Counted from the stretch's first letter, positions 28,691 through 38,929 are shown. The stretch is DNA of 64,000 nt from Candidatus Eiseniibacteriota bacterium (GCA_030595835.1 JAUVLG010000002.1:19147-83146), one strand, 5' to 3'. Program-made: numbers and translations. The notes: generated from the sequence alone by a model not told the origin.

Positions 28691-28719
28691 TGACTGAGGT
28701 GTCGGTTGCCCCTAGAGTA
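28691..28719 (+). promoter_or_regulatory. Sigma70-like promoter upstream of the PhaR-like gene
   Basis: TTGACT (28691-28696), 17-nt spacer, TAGAGT (28714-28719); 60 nt upstream of the TTG start at 28779. Confidence 0.35.
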
Positions 28720-28778
28720 ATGGTGCAATGCACTAGCATGCGGACCGCTCGATGCGGGAAATCTGAGGAGCGTCCATC

Positions 28779-29120
28779 TTGAGAACCATCATCAAACACG
28801 CTAACAGGCGGCTCTATGACGCCAGTGAGCGCGGAGCGGTCACCCTCCTTGGGGTCTCCGAGCTGGTCATCGGTGGCGAGGCCATCACTGTCGTGGATAA
28901 GGCGTCCGGGGAGGACATCACGGTGGTCACACTGCTGCAATCTCTCCTCGAGCGGCTGAAGAGGTGTTCATCGGATGGGCTCGGGGCCGAGGACACCGAT
29001 CGCCTGGTTGCCGCTCTCAAGGTGGCGATGCTGGCGGGCGCGCGTGCAGGTGACTCGTACGATTCCGAGGTTGAGGCGGGCGCTGGAAGCAGTGCCGGCG
29101 CAGTTGGGGGAGCGGCCTGA
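28779..29120 (+). CDS. PhaR-like regulator (PHB/PHA accumulation regulator N-terminal DNA-binding domain only)
   Basis: 113 aa; MRTIIKHANRRLYDASERGAVTLLGVSELVIGGEAITVVDKASGEDITVVTLLQSL matches the PhaR N-terminal motif (IKKYPNRRLYDT...). The C-terminal half is Ala/Gly-rich low complexity. Confidence 0.6.
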   Translation: MRTIIKHANRRLYDASERGAVTLLGVSELVIGGEAITVVDKASGEDITVVTLLQSLLERLKRCSSDGLGAEDTDRLVAALKVAMLAGARAGDSYDSEVEAGAGSSAGAVGGAA

Positions 29121-29161
29121 CCGCAGTGAAGCCTGAGCGGCGCAGGCCTTCGGGGGAACGG

Positions 29162-31432
29162 ATGGACGAGACGAAAGACACCAGCAGAAAAGGCCTCCTG
29201 AGTCTCTTTAGGAACAGGGACTTCTCGCTTCTGTGGGCGAGTACGGTCGCCTCGCAGCTGGGCGACCACCTCAATCTCATGGCCCTTACGGCTCTCATTT
29301 TCTCCATGAGCGCCGGCGCCATCAAGGGCCTTGAGTTCTCGAAGATCCTCCTCCTCGCAAGTGCTCCCGTGCTTATCTTTGGTCCGATCTCAGGTGTCTA
29401 CGCGGACCGGCTCTCCCGCAAGAAGATGATGATAATCTCGGACGTGCTGCGAGCGCTGCTGGTTGCTTCCATACCGTTCGTCGCCCGTTCGATGACCTAT
29501 GTCTACGTGATCCTCTTCATCGTTTTCACGATCAACCGCTTCCACCTGTCGGCCAAATCGGCGGCGGTTCCTCAACTCGTCACGAAGGACCGGCTCCTGG
29601 CTGCTAACTCCCTTCTGAGCGTGGCCATGATGGCGGCCATCATGTTGGGCCCGTGGGGTGGCGGACTGCTCGTCGAGCGGTTCGGTTTCACCGTCGGATT
29701 CCTTGCCGACTCGGGCACATACATCATCTCCGCGGCGTTCGTAACCTTCATCACCCTGAAGAGCATGTCCGAGGTGAAGGAGGCGCGTCAGCTGGAGCAC
29801 GCGGCACTGCGGCACGCGCTCGGCGAGACGGCCAGGGAGACCCTGAGGTCGCACTCGCCCTCGGAGCTGGCCGGCGGCGCGGCGAAGCTGGGCCGGGAGA
29901 TCGCGGCTCCTCTGGAGGAGGAGGTCGAGGTCATCGGTTCCGCCTACCATCGCCTCATTGCCGATCTCAAGGACGGTGTGGCGCAGATGCGGGGCAACCG
30001 ACTGGTGGTCTACTCCACCGTCTCTTTCTCCGCCATCATGTTGATCGCCGGGTTCGTGCTTATCGCATGCCCGGTGCTCGTGCGGAACGAGTTCGGACTC
30101 GGTGCGGCCGACGTGGGAATGCTGTTCTCCGTCGGCGGCGTGGGCATGCTCGTGGGTTCGCTCGTGGTAGGCAGGTTCTTCCACAAGACCCAGCGGAGGG
30201 CGATCATCACGGTCAGCTTCCTCTTGTCCGGCATCGTCATTCTGGTTCTTTCGACGGTGGGTTCCATCCCTGTTTTCGGCGTGTGGATATTCACGCTGGG
30301 TCTGCTCATTGCGCCGACAATGGTCACCTGCGACACGATCCTCCAGGAGAAGATGCCGCCTGAGGCCGTTGGAAAGGCCTTCGGGTTCCGCGAGATGGTC
30401 AGTAAGGCGGCGTTCGGGGTGGCCGGAATCGTCTCTGGCATCGTCGTCGACATCATAGGTCCACGGAACCTCCTGGTGGTTCTAGGGGCGGCGGCCATCG
30501 GGTACTCCGCATTCTCGCTGGTTCTCCTTGCGGACACGTCCAAGCTCAACCTGCTCAACGTCTACCCGCTGCTCAGGGCGGGCTCGGGGCTGGCCGCACG
30601 TCTGCCGCGCGCGGTGAGCTACCGATTGGCCTCGGTACTCTCCGGCATCGCCTTCCTCGTGATGTCCGACAAGCGGAGAGGGGCAAGTGAGAACATATCG
30701 CGAGTGATTCGGAAGCACCCGGAGAGCCCGGAGGTCAGGGCGCTGGTCAGGCGGATGTTCCGAAGCTACGGCCTCTACTGGGCTGATTTCTTCGGGCTGA
30801 ACGGGAGGACCCGCGGCAAGGTGCACGAGATCGTGCGTACCGAGGGGCTCGAGCATCTGAAGGAAGCGCTTCGCGGCGGCAAGGGCGCGCTCCTTGTGAC
30901 GGCACATCTGGGCAATTGGGACATGGGAGGCGCGGCTCTGGTGGAGACCGGCGAGTTTCCCGGGCTCTCCGCAATCGTGGAGCCTGTCACGCAGAGAGCG
31001 TCCGAGAAGACCGTGACCTCCATGCGCGAGAGGCGTGGAATAAAGGTCATCCCGCTCGGGAGGCCGTTGGGGATAGCCCGGGCCCTCAGGCGAAACGAGG
31101 TCGTCCTTGTGGTCGGCGAGCGTCTGATCAACGGCGAGGGTGTCGAGGTCGACTTCTTTGGTGAGAAGACCCTGTTTCCCAGAGGCGCGGCGTACTGGTC
31201 AGCGAAGCTCGGTGCTCCGATACTCCCCGGTTTCTGCATTCGTCAGCCCGACGGCACCTTCGTCAGCCATATCGAGGCCCCGCTCACGCTTGCGGTTGAG
31301 GGAGACGGGGGGGGCGACGAGGTGGCACACACTCAGCAGCTGGCCAGTATCATTGAGGAGTACATCGCTCGTTACCCGGAGCAGTGGTGCATGCTGCAGC
31401 CTATATGGGGCAGCGTGGGAGGGCGCTCTTGA
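29162..31432 (+). CDS. MFS transporter fused to LpxL/HtrB-like lysophospholipid/lipid A acyltransferase domain
   Basis: N-terminal 12-TM MFS (LFRNRDFSLLWASTVASQLGDHL...). C-terminal domain carries the acyltransferase H-x4-D motif (VTAHLGNWDM) and LpxL-like context (RMFRSYGLYWADFFGL...GKGALLVTAHLGNWDMGGAAL...FFGEKTLFPRGAAYWSAKLGAPILPGF). Start taken at ATG 29162; the ORF track's GTG at 29126 lies 6 nt after the preceding stop. Confidence 0.75.
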   Translation: MDETKDTSRKGLLSLFRNRDFSLLWASTVASQLGDHLNLMALTALIFSMSAGAIKGLEFSKILLLASAPVLIFGPISGVYADRLSRKKMMIISDVLRALLVASIPFVARSMTYVYVILFIVFTINRFHLSAKSAAVPQLVTKDRLLAANSLLSVAMMAAIMLGPWGGGLLVERFGFTVGFLADSGTYIISAAFVTFITLKSMSEVKEARQLEHAALRHALGETARETLRSHSPSELAGGAAKLGREIAAPLEEEVEVIGSAYHRLIADLKDGVAQMRGNRLVVYSTVSFSAIMLIAGFVLIACPVLVRNEFGLGAADVGMLFSVGGVGMLVGSLVVGRFFHKTQRRAIITVSFLLSGIVILVLSTVGSIPVFGVWIFTLGLLIAPTMVTCDTILQEKMPPEAVGKAFGFREMVSKAAFGVAGIVSGIVVDIIGPRNLLVVLGAAAIGYSAFSLVLLADTSKLNLLNVYPLLRAGSGLAARLPRAVSYRLASVLSGIAFLVMSDKRRGASENISRVIRKHPESPEVRALVRRMFRSYGLYWADFFGLNGRTRGKVHEIVRTEGLEHLKEALRGGKGALLVTAHLGNWDMGGAALVETGEFPGLSAIVEPVTQRASEKTVTSMRERRGIKVIPLGRPLGIARALRRNEVVLVVGERLINGEGVEVDFFGEKTLFPRGAAYWSAKLGAPILPGFCIRQPDGTFVSHIEAPLTLAVEGDGGGDEVAHTQQLASIIEEYIARYPEQWCMLQPIWGSVGGRS

Positions 31433-32610
31433 AGATAGGAATCGTCACACCGACCTACCATCCCTATCCCGGCGGCGTGCCGGAGCACGTTTACCACACC
31501 TGCGTCGAGTTCGGCCGCATGGGGCACGACGTCCGCGTCATCACCACGCACTTCGGTCGGGGCCGGGCGCCGAACGAGGAGCAGGTGATCAGGATCGGAC
31601 GCTCGGTCCCGATCCCGGCCAACGGCTCTATCTGTCCGGTGGCCGTCGACGTGCGCATGAGAGCGAAGGTGCGCAGGATGCTCGTGGCCGAGCGATTCGA
31701 CGTTCTGCACCTGCACGAGCCGCTCATGCCGACACTGTGTCTCTCCGTTCTCGCCGAGGCGGAGGTGCCCATCGTGGGGACGTTCCACGCGAACAATGAT
31801 AGTGCTTTCGGCTACAGGCTGTTCGGCTCGCTGCTCAAGAGCTACCTCGATAAACTGGACGCCAGAATAGCCGTGTCCGCGGCGGCCCTGCGCACGGTCG
31901 CCGGGTGTTTCGGCGGCGACTACACCGTCATCCCAAACGGCGTGGACATCGGGAGGTTCTCGACCGCCGCATCCGCTTCCACTCCAGGTGACGGGACCTT
32001 CACCATTCTCTTCGTTGGACGGCTGGAACCGCGCAAGGGGGCGAAATTTCTATTGAGGGCGATGCCGCGCATCCTCAGGGATGTCCCCGAGGCGCGGCTC
32101 ATCGTTGTGGGGAGTGGCCCCTTGTCCGGCTACTACCGGTCGCACCTGCCGGATGGCGTGGGTGACCGTGTCGTGTTCGTCGGGCGCGTGTCCGGCGAGG
32201 CCCTGGCGAGCTACTACGCGGGCGCCGATGTGTTCTGTTCGCCGGCGATGGGCGGGGAGAGCTTCGGGATAGTGCTGATCGAGGCGATGGCCGCCGGCGC
32301 CGCGGTGGTGGCGTCCGACATCGCGGGTTACAGGGACGTCGTGAGCGACGGAGCGACCGGGCTTCTGGTCCGTCGGGGCGACCCGGATTCCATCGCCGAT
32401 GCCATCGTCAGGTTGGCTCGTGACGATGAGCTGAGACGACGCCTGGTCGAATCTGCCGGGAGCGAAGTGCGTCAGTATGCATGGGATCGAGTTACCAGGC
32501 GAATCCTCGCCGTCTATGAGTCCGTGGTCGACGGCGGAGCGGCGAGTCCCGGTGAACCAGTCCCAACCACTGAGCAGAGCGAGGAAGGAGTCGAGATCGA
32601 GATCAGTTGA
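31429..32610 (+). CDS. Glycosyltransferase family 4 (GT-B fold)
   Basis: TTG start overlapping the upstream stop (TTGA), with GGGAGGG 6 nt upstream: LKIGIVTPTYHPYPGGVPEHVYHTCVEFGRMGHDVRVIT...; C-terminal ...ESFGIVLIEAMAAGAAVVASDIAGYRDVV (GT4 E-x7-E region). Confidence 0.8.
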   Translation: MKIGIVTPTYHPYPGGVPEHVYHTCVEFGRMGHDVRVITTHFGRGRAPNEEQVIRIGRSVPIPANGSICPVAVDVRMRAKVRRMLVAERFDVLHLHEPLMPTLCLSVLAEAEVPIVGTFHANNDSAFGYRLFGSLLKSYLDKLDARIAVSAAALRTVAGCFGGDYTVIPNGVDIGRFSTAASASTPGDGTFTILFVGRLEPRKGAKFLLRAMPRILRDVPEARLIVVGSGPLSGYYRSHLPDGVGDRVVFVGRVSGEALASYYAGADVFCSPAMGGESFGIVLIEAMAAGAAVVASDIAGYRDVVSDGATGLLVRRGDPDSIADAIVRLARDDELRRRLVESAGSEVRQYAWDRVTRRILAVYESVVDGGAASPGEPVPTTEQSEEGVEIEIS

Positions 32611-32703
32611 GCGCGCCGGCCTTGCCGGGCCGCATCCGAGTACCCGCCTCGCACAGGCGTGGGCGGGGTCGCATCGGGTTGTTGGGTAAAGGAGGGGTGA
32701 ACC

Positions 32704-33273
32704 ATGTTGGACAAGGCGGAACTTGGCAGACGAGTCAAACTCGAGCGTCTGGCGAAAAGCATGACGCTCAAGCAGGTGGCGGACTCCTCGGGCATGTCGC
32801 CCACGCACATCTCGGAGATCGAGCGCGGTAGGACCTCGCCGACGGTCGGTGCACTCCTTAGGATATCCAGAGCACTCGGCAAGTCCGCGACCTACTTCGT
32901 TGAGGAGGACGAACTGCCCACCGTGTCGGTCGTGCGCCGGCACGAGCGTCCGCACCGGGCGATACTGGACGGCGACAAGAGCATCGCCGACGTCGATTTT
33001 CTCACTAAGGGTATCCCCGCGGGGCGGCTGCGAGTCGTCGAATTCAAGGGTCTGTCTGAAGGAGAGATGACCGGTCCCCTCCATCAGGGCGAGGAGATCC
33101 TGCTGGTCACGGCGGGGAAGGTCCGTGTCACTGTCGGGAGCGAGGACTTCGAGCTCTCGGAGGGCGACTGCATTCAGTTCAAGGGCAGCGCGCCGCACAA
33201 GTTCACACGTATGGGCGACGAGCCGCCGCAGGCGTTCTGGATCACGGCGTCCGAGGGACTGCTGTCTCCCTAG
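32704..33273 (+). CDS. XRE-family HTH transcriptional regulator with C-terminal cupin domain
   Basis: HTH (LAKSMTLKQVADSSGMSPTHISEIERGRTSPTVGALLRISRALG) plus cupin (GEEILLVTAGKVRVTVGSEDFELSEGDCIQFKGSAPHKF). Confidence 0.8.
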   Translation: MLDKAELGRRVKLERLAKSMTLKQVADSSGMSPTHISEIERGRTSPTVGALLRISRALGKSATYFVEEDELPTVSVVRRHERPHRAILDGDKSIADVDFLTKGIPAGRLRVVEFKGLSEGEMTGPLHQGEEILLVTAGKVRVTVGSEDFELSEGDCIQFKGSAPHKFTRMGDEPPQAFWITASEGLLSP

Positions 33274-33365
33274 CCGGACGATCGAAACCGACACTGCACA
33301 GGGGCACGGGCGGGCGGTTCCAGACGCCCGTCTGCACCGGTGAAACCTCGGAAGGGGGTTCGAGC

Positions 33366-35330
33366 GTGGCTCCACCGCGCAATCCGCATTCCCGTCTGCT
33401 CGTGATAGCACCTCTGGTGCTCGTTCTCGCGGCCGTCATTATCTCCGCGACGGCCGGCCGGGCTACGGGTCCGACGGTCGATGAGCTGGGATTGTCATCC
33501 GAGGCGCGTCGGCAACTCTCGGAACACGGCTTCGTTGTGGTGCCGGGTGGGAGCGGGGATTTTCCCGAGACCTACGCCGCTCTCGCGGAGCGTGACCTGC
33601 CCGTGTTTGTTACGTCCGACTCGGTCCTCCGCGTCACGGACCTCCTGATAGACAGGATCCTCCGGACCATCGAGGAAGTCTATCTCTATGACAGGCTGGA
33701 GCAGTTGTCGCGCGAGATGGTGCGGCTTCTGGACGACGACTACCTGCGCTCGACGGACGCGCTGGTCAAGGAGGCCGCGCGCCGTGACCTCGCGTTCTTC
33801 GCCGTCGGACTGAGCCTGCTCGACCCGGACTACTTCCCGCCCGAATTCGCCCGGGGCCTGGTCGAGCGTGAGCTCGAGCTTATCGAGGCCGCCAACCGGG
33901 TGGTCAGCTCCCCGATCATGGGCCCGACCCCCCTTGATCAGGTGGTCGGTCCCGGTGAGGACTACACGTGCTACGCTCCCACCGGCCACTACGCTTCGAG
34001 CGAGCGTCTCGAGCGGTACTACCGGGCGCTCACCTGGTACAGCAGGATGGCGTTCGCGCTTCCCGAGAGGCCCGTCGAGGACTACACGCTGACCGTACAG
34101 GCTCTGCTTGTCATTCGCGCTCTGGAGAGGGAAGCAGGGGAGTGGTTCGAGCTGTGGGAGCGCATCAACTACCCGCTGACCTTCTATTACGGTGGGGCGG
34201 GAGACCCAACCGTCGCGGACTACATGGAGCTGGCCGACGAGGTGTTTGGTCGCGAGTTCGAGCGGGACCTCGCCGCGAGCGAGTCATTGCTCGTTGTGTT
34301 TGTTGACAGGGTCTCCGACATGGCCCCCGCTCATGTCCAGACGCATGAACTGCGCGGTATGCGGTTCCTGCCAAGAGATTTCCCTCCGGCGACCGACTAC
34401 TTCGGACTTCTCGCGGGAGGCGAGGACAGACCGCTCCCTACCTCGCTGGATTTCATGTCCCTTCTGGGGTCGTCCGCGGCGCGGTCGCTTCTCGATGAGA
34501 GCGACGTGTTCGACGACAGCGTGTACCGGCGGACCCACGAGTCGATCGAGCGCGAGCTCGAGACGATGACGTACGGGGACTGGACGCGCGACCTCTACTG
34601 GGGCTGGCTTCACTGTCTGTCGGAGCTCCAGCTTCCACCATCGGGCAAGGCTCCTCGGTTCGTGGCGAGTCCGGCTTGGGGCTTCAAGGAGCTGTCAACC
34701 GGAAGTGCAGCCTGGGCGAGCATTCGGTACCAGGCCGCGGACGCCGCGCTCTCCCGAAGGTCACACCGCTCGCCGGCCGCCGCCGTGGACATCCCCGTGC
34801 TGGTGGAGCCCTATCCGGGGCTGTACTCACGGCTCGGAGAACTCCTGGAGAACCTGAGGGATCGCCTGTGGGAGCACTATCTGCTGGACGATTCTATCGA
34901 CGCCCACATGTCCGAGATGATCGATTTCCTGAAGTCGCTCGAGCGGGCGTCGGAGGGGATCCTCATGGACGGTACTCCTCCGCCTGACGTGGCGGCCGCG
35001 CTCTCCGACTACGCGCGGGTCCTCGGGCGTCTGGCAGGTCACGAGGCGAGGCGCAGGCCCGGCGAGCATGCGTGTGTTCTGGTATCGGACGTGGCATACG
35101 AGGACCTGGACACTGGTCGAATCTTACAAAACGCGGTCGGCACTCCCGATGTCATCTACGTTGTGGCGGATCTGGGTGAGGGCGAGACCGTCTACGCGGG
35201 TGCCGTCCACTCCTTCTTCGAAAAGGAACTGGCGGACCGCGAGGAACTGGACGCGGTGGGGTGGCCCAGCGTTCTGAGGTCGTGTCCGGTCAATCGTCCC
35301 TACTGGGTGCGGCGCTTCGTGGTGGAGTAG
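33366..35330 (+). CDS. Secreted hypothetical protein, DUF3160-like (tentative)
   Basis: 654 aa; N-terminal signal/TM (LLVIAPLVLVLAAVIISATA); the PVFVTSDSVLRVTDL motif region resembles DUF3160-family proteins. The family assignment is from memory only. Confidence 0.5.
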   Translation: MAPPRNPHSRLLVIAPLVLVLAAVIISATAGRATGPTVDELGLSSEARRQLSEHGFVVVPGGSGDFPETYAALAERDLPVFVTSDSVLRVTDLLIDRILRTIEEVYLYDRLEQLSREMVRLLDDDYLRSTDALVKEAARRDLAFFAVGLSLLDPDYFPPEFARGLVERELELIEAANRVVSSPIMGPTPLDQVVGPGEDYTCYAPTGHYASSERLERYYRALTWYSRMAFALPERPVEDYTLTVQALLVIRALEREAGEWFELWERINYPLTFYYGGAGDPTVADYMELADEVFGREFERDLAASESLLVVFVDRVSDMAPAHVQTHELRGMRFLPRDFPPATDYFGLLAGGEDRPLPTSLDFMSLLGSSAARSLLDESDVFDDSVYRRTHESIERELETMTYGDWTRDLYWGWLHCLSELQLPPSGKAPRFVASPAWGFKELSTGSAAWASIRYQAADAALSRRSHRSPAAAVDIPVLVEPYPGLYSRLGELLENLRDRLWEHYLLDDSIDAHMSEMIDFLKSLERASEGILMDGTPPPDVAAALSDYARVLGRLAGHEARRRPGEHACVLVSDVAYEDLDTGRILQNAVGTPDVIYVVADLGEGETVYAGAVHSFFEKELADREELDAVGWPSVLRSCPVNRPYWVRRFVVE

Positions 35331-35395
35331 CAGAAGCGGGATGCAAACCGAGCTACGGGCATCGGAACAGGGGCGTCCCGCGCGCCGCCGAGAGC

Positions 35396-36628
35396 TCACT
35401 CATACCTGAACGCGGCGACCGCCGCGATCGAGAATCCCAGCGCGAATCCGAGCAGGACCAGCACCTGAGGTATGACACCGGAAAGCGCATAGCCGCGGCT
35501 CAGCAGGTTGTTCATCGCGTCCATCGCCCAGCCTGTTGGTATGAGGTGTCCGACCGTCTGGTACGCCTCGGGCGTGATCTCAAGGGGCCACCAGAGCCCA
35601 CCGAGCGCGCACATAGCGAGTGAAAGAACCAGCGAGAGAGTCTCCGCCCGCCTTGGGTTTCCTGACAGGCTCCCAATGAGGACCGACAGGCCCGCGACGG
35701 CCGCGACGTAAGCCGCGCCCACGAGCGCGAGCGCGAGCATGCTGTCGCCCCAGTCGACGCGGAATACGAGCGCGCCGAACCCGATGAGGAACCAGAGCTG
35801 TAGCGTTCCCACAATGAACCTCCACGCGAGGTTCGCCGCGACTATCTCGCTCCTGCGCACAGGAGCGATAAGGAGTCTGGCCAGCGTCTTCTCCCGCTTC
35901 TCCGTGACCAGCATGGACGAGAGCATCAGCCCGTTCAGAAGGACGAACATCAGGGCCATCGCCGGCGACGAGTGTTGGAAGCCCATGTCCGGCGCCTCTG
36001 ACTGCGCGGGTCGTCCCAGCCTCTCGACCGCGACCGTCGTCGACGGACCAGCGAACTCCGCAGAAACGAACGCCCGTATCGCTCGAGTAAGCTCGAGTTC
36101 CTCCTCCGCCGAGGGTGCGCCACGGATGGCCTCGTGCGCGCTCACCACGGCCCGCCCCGCCAGCTCGTCTGCGTTGAGTTTCGTAACAACTCTCTCGACG
36201 GCCCGACGTGTGACCAGCGGGTTCATCCGCTCGGGATTCCTGTGGAACGTCAGCGTCACGGATTCCCGCGCGGCCAACCTCTCGCTGTAGTCGCGCGGGA
36301 TGACGAGGGCCGCCGACCTGTCACCGTCCTCCACCAGGAGCTGGGCCTCTTCGTCGGCCGCAGGGCCCTCGAGCATCAAGAGGTCGATCTCGTCCGAGCG
36401 CAGAATCGCATCGAGCAGTTCTCCGCCACGACTGCCCTCGTCCATGTTCGCAACCGTCAGGGCGTACCTCACGGGAGCGTCGCCGCCACCACCGCCGCCC
36501 GAGAACGCGACGCCGGACACGAACGTGAAGACAATGGGCATCGCGAGCAGCCAGAGAAGCGCGGTGCGGTCCGAAAGAAGCACCCGCACGTTCAGCGCAG
36601 CTATGGAGTAGATCCTCCTCACGTGCAT
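35396..36628 (-). CDS. ABC-2 type transporter permease
   Basis: From the internal Met after GGAGG (MHVRRIYSIAALNVRVLLSDRTALLWLLAMPIVFTFVSGVAF...): large periplasmic loop followed by 5 C-terminal TM segments, typical ABC-2 permease topology. The upstream 73 codons of the track ORF are Arg/Ser-rich and probably non-coding. Confidence 0.7.
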   Translation of the reverse strand: MHVRRIYSIAALNVRVLLSDRTALLWLLAMPIVFTFVSGVAFSGGGGGGDAPVRYALTVANMDEGSRGGELLDAILRSDEIDLLMLEGPAADEEAQLLVEDGDRSAALVIPRDYSERLAARESVTLTFHRNPERMNPLVTRRAVERVVTKLNADELAGRAVVSAHEAIRGAPSAEEELELTRAIRAFVSAEFAGPSTTVAVERLGRPAQSEAPDMGFQHSSPAMALMFVLLNGLMLSSMLVTEKREKTLARLLIAPVRRSEIVAANLAWRFIVGTLQLWFLIGFGALVFRVDWGDSMLALALVGAAYVAAVAGLSVLIGSLSGNPRRAETLSLVLSLAMCALGGLWWPLEITPEAYQTVGHLIPTGWAMDAMNNLLSRGYALSGVIPQVLVLLGFALGFSIAAVAAFRYE

Positions 36629-36635
36629 CCTTTCC

Positions 36636-37829
36636 TCAGATCCGCCGCCTGGACAGCAGAAGCACGGCCACCACGACGAACACGGCCGACATGGCGCAGA
36701 TGATGGAGATCTCCTGTGTGATGCCGGCGAGGCCGGCGTCGTCGAAGACCAGCTTCTTGAACCCGCTGTGGGCCCAGTAATTGAACGTGAAGCGCCCGAA
36801 TCGCTGGAAGGCCTCGGGCGCCTGCTCGATCGGCCACATGCTGCCACCCATGAGAGACATCACGAGAATGATCGCGGTCCCCACGCTGTCCGTCTGCCTG
36901 CCGGTGCGGGCCGCCGCCGCGATGAGCATCGCGAGTGACGTCGCCCCCGCGGCGGTGACGAGCGCCATGATGATCGTGGCGCCCGGGTGGCTTCCCCACT
37001 TGATCCCGAAGAGGAGACCTCCGAGCGCGATCAGCGTGAGGATCTGAATTGCCGCGAGCACGTACGAACCGGTCATCTTACCTGCGATGATCGAGGTCTT
37101 CGAGAGTGGCGCGGCCATGAGGCGTTCGTAGGTGCCGGACTCGCGTTCCTCGTGGATGGTCTTTGCGCTGGCGAGCATCGTGAACAGTAGGAAGAGCACC
37201 GCGAAGCCGGGGGCGAAGTACGCGTGGACGTTGAGGTCATCCGTGTCCGTGGTGGACGTGTCGAGAGACACGGGGGGCTCCGTCCACGCGTCACGCATCC
37301 ACATGAACATCCATCCCCAGAGGGCGAGGTGCTCCGAGTCGCCGAGCGGTTCGGCACGGTCCAGTGTCTCGAACACGCCGCGGCCCACCGCACTGCCCGC
37401 CGATAAGTAAGAGATGAACTGCTCGATCATGGACTGGACAATGCCGGCCTTGATGTTGCTCGCAGGGTCCAGAAGAACGCGCACTTCCGCGGGAGCGCCC
37501 GTGAGGACGCTGTCGAGCAGACCCTCGGGGATCACGACGGCCGCCGATTTCTCGCCGGCCGCGACGGCCCGCCGCGCCTCCTCTTCAGTCGCGCGCTCAA
37601 CGTCGAAGAGCTCGTGATGGCTTAGAAGGCCTGCGGCCGCTTCCGCTAGGAACCCGCCCTCCTCGGGAGCGACCAGCAGGAACTCGACGGTCGATATGCC
37701 TGACTCGCCCCCGAACGCGAACCCGATGATGGCCGTCATGCCCACGGGGAGCAGCAGCATCATGACCAGCGTGTTCCGGTCACGAAGCCTCATCTTGAGG
37801 TCTTTGAGCGCTATGTACAGAGCCCTCAT
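36636..37829 (-). CDS. ABC-2 type transporter permease
   Basis: 397 aa; MRALYIALKDLKMRLRDRNTLVMMLLLPVGMTAIIGFAF..., a large extracytoplasmic loop and 5 C-terminal TM helices. Confidence 0.75.
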   Translation of the reverse strand: MRALYIALKDLKMRLRDRNTLVMMLLLPVGMTAIIGFAFGGESGISTVEFLLVAPEEGGFLAEAAAGLLSHHELFDVERATEEEARRAVAAGEKSAAVVIPEGLLDSVLTGAPAEVRVLLDPASNIKAGIVQSMIEQFISYLSAGSAVGRGVFETLDRAEPLGDSEHLALWGWMFMWMRDAWTEPPVSLDTSTTDTDDLNVHAYFAPGFAVLFLLFTMLASAKTIHEERESGTYERLMAAPLSKTSIIAGKMTGSYVLAAIQILTLIALGGLLFGIKWGSHPGATIIMALVTAAGATSLAMLIAAAARTGRQTDSVGTAIILVMSLMGGSMWPIEQAPEAFQRFGRFTFNYWAHSGFKKLVFDDAGLAGITQEISIICAMSAVFVVVAVLLLSRRRI

Positions 37830-37892
37830 CTTGAGCTCCGAGGGAAGGGTTCGCTCGTCGGGGCGCCCCTGCCGCGCGCTGAGTGTGAGCCG

Positions 37893-38855
37893 TTAGCTCT
37901 TCTCATCGTGCTCCTCGTCCAGTCGTCTGCCCGTAAGATGCAGGAACACGCTCTCGAGGTTGGGGACCGTCACGTCCAGCGAGTGTATGTCGACTCCGCT
38001 GCCCGCCAGTTTCTCCACGACGGTCGGCAGAAGATCTGCGCCCCTGACGACGTTCAGTGTCAGTCCGTCCTCGCTTCTCGCTACCTTACTGACTGCCGGG
38101 AGGGCGGCCAGCCAGTCGATCAGGGCATCGTTGAGCCCGTCCGCACGCACCGCGATGACGCCGGTCGCACCGATCGACTCGGTGAGCTCGTCGCGCGTTC
38201 CCACCGCGATCATCTTCCCCTCATCCATGATACCCACGCGGTCGCAGAGGAATTCGGCCTCCTCCAGGTAGTGTGTCGTGTAGAGGATGGTCAGGCCTTC
38301 GGCGTTGAGTTCCTTGATGAGGTCCAGGATGTTCCTGCGGGTCTGGGGGTCTATTCCGACCGTCGGCTCGTCGAGAAACAGCACGTCGGGTCGGTGAAGC
38401 AGTCCAGCCGCGATGTTGATCCGCCTCTTCATTCCGCCCGAGAACGTGTCGATCCTACTACTCGCGCGATCGGAGAGCTGCACAATGCTGAGCAGCTCGT
38501 CCACGCGCCGTGTGAGAGTCCGGTCGGGCAGTCCGTACATCCTGCCCCAGAACATCAGGTTGTCGCGCGCCGAGAGGGTTGGGTAGAGCGCGATCTCCTG
38601 TGGGACCACTCCGATCTTCGAGCGGGCCGTGAGCGAATCCGTGACGACGTCAATTCCCGAGACCATTGCCGACCCGGACGTCGGGGGAGTGATGCACGAG
38701 AGGATGGATATGGTGGTGGTCTTGCCCGCGCCGTTCGGACCGAGCAGCCCGAAGATCTCCCCTTTGGCCACTTCGAAGCTGACCGCGTTCACGGCGACCA
38801 GTTCTCCGTAGCGTTTGACGAGATTCCGTACCTTGATGACGGGTTCGCCGCTCAT
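37893..38855 (-). CDS. ABC transporter ATP-binding protein
   Basis: Start at ATG with GGAGG 6 nt upstream (MSGEPVIKVRNLVKRYG...). Walker A GLLGPNGAGKTTT, signature FSGGMKRR, Walker B VLFLDEPTVGID. Confidence 0.9.
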   Translation of the reverse strand: MSGEPVIKVRNLVKRYGELVAVNAVSFEVAKGEIFGLLGPNGAGKTTTISILSCITPPTSGSAMVSGIDVVTDSLTARSKIGVVPQEIALYPTLSARDNLMFWGRMYGLPDRTLTRRVDELLSIVQLSDRASSRIDTFSGGMKRRINIAAGLLHRPDVLFLDEPTVGIDPQTRRNILDLIKELNAEGLTILYTTHYLEEAEFLCDRVGIMDEGKMIAVGTRDELTESIGATGVIAVRADGLNDALIDWLAALPAVSKVARSEDGLTLNVVRGADLLPTVVEKLAGSGVDIHSLDVTVPNLESVFLHLTGRRLDEEHDEKS

Positions 38856-38929
38856 GGTTGCCTCCGGAAGTGAGTTCTCTGCAGTGGTCCGGGCGTGTCC
38901 TGCTCCGGACGTGGGGGAGGGCATGCCCG

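Noticed and set aside
32050-33411. 453-aa minus-strand ORF
   Set aside because: Antisense to the GT4 glycosyltransferase and XRE-cupin regulator genes; no motifs.
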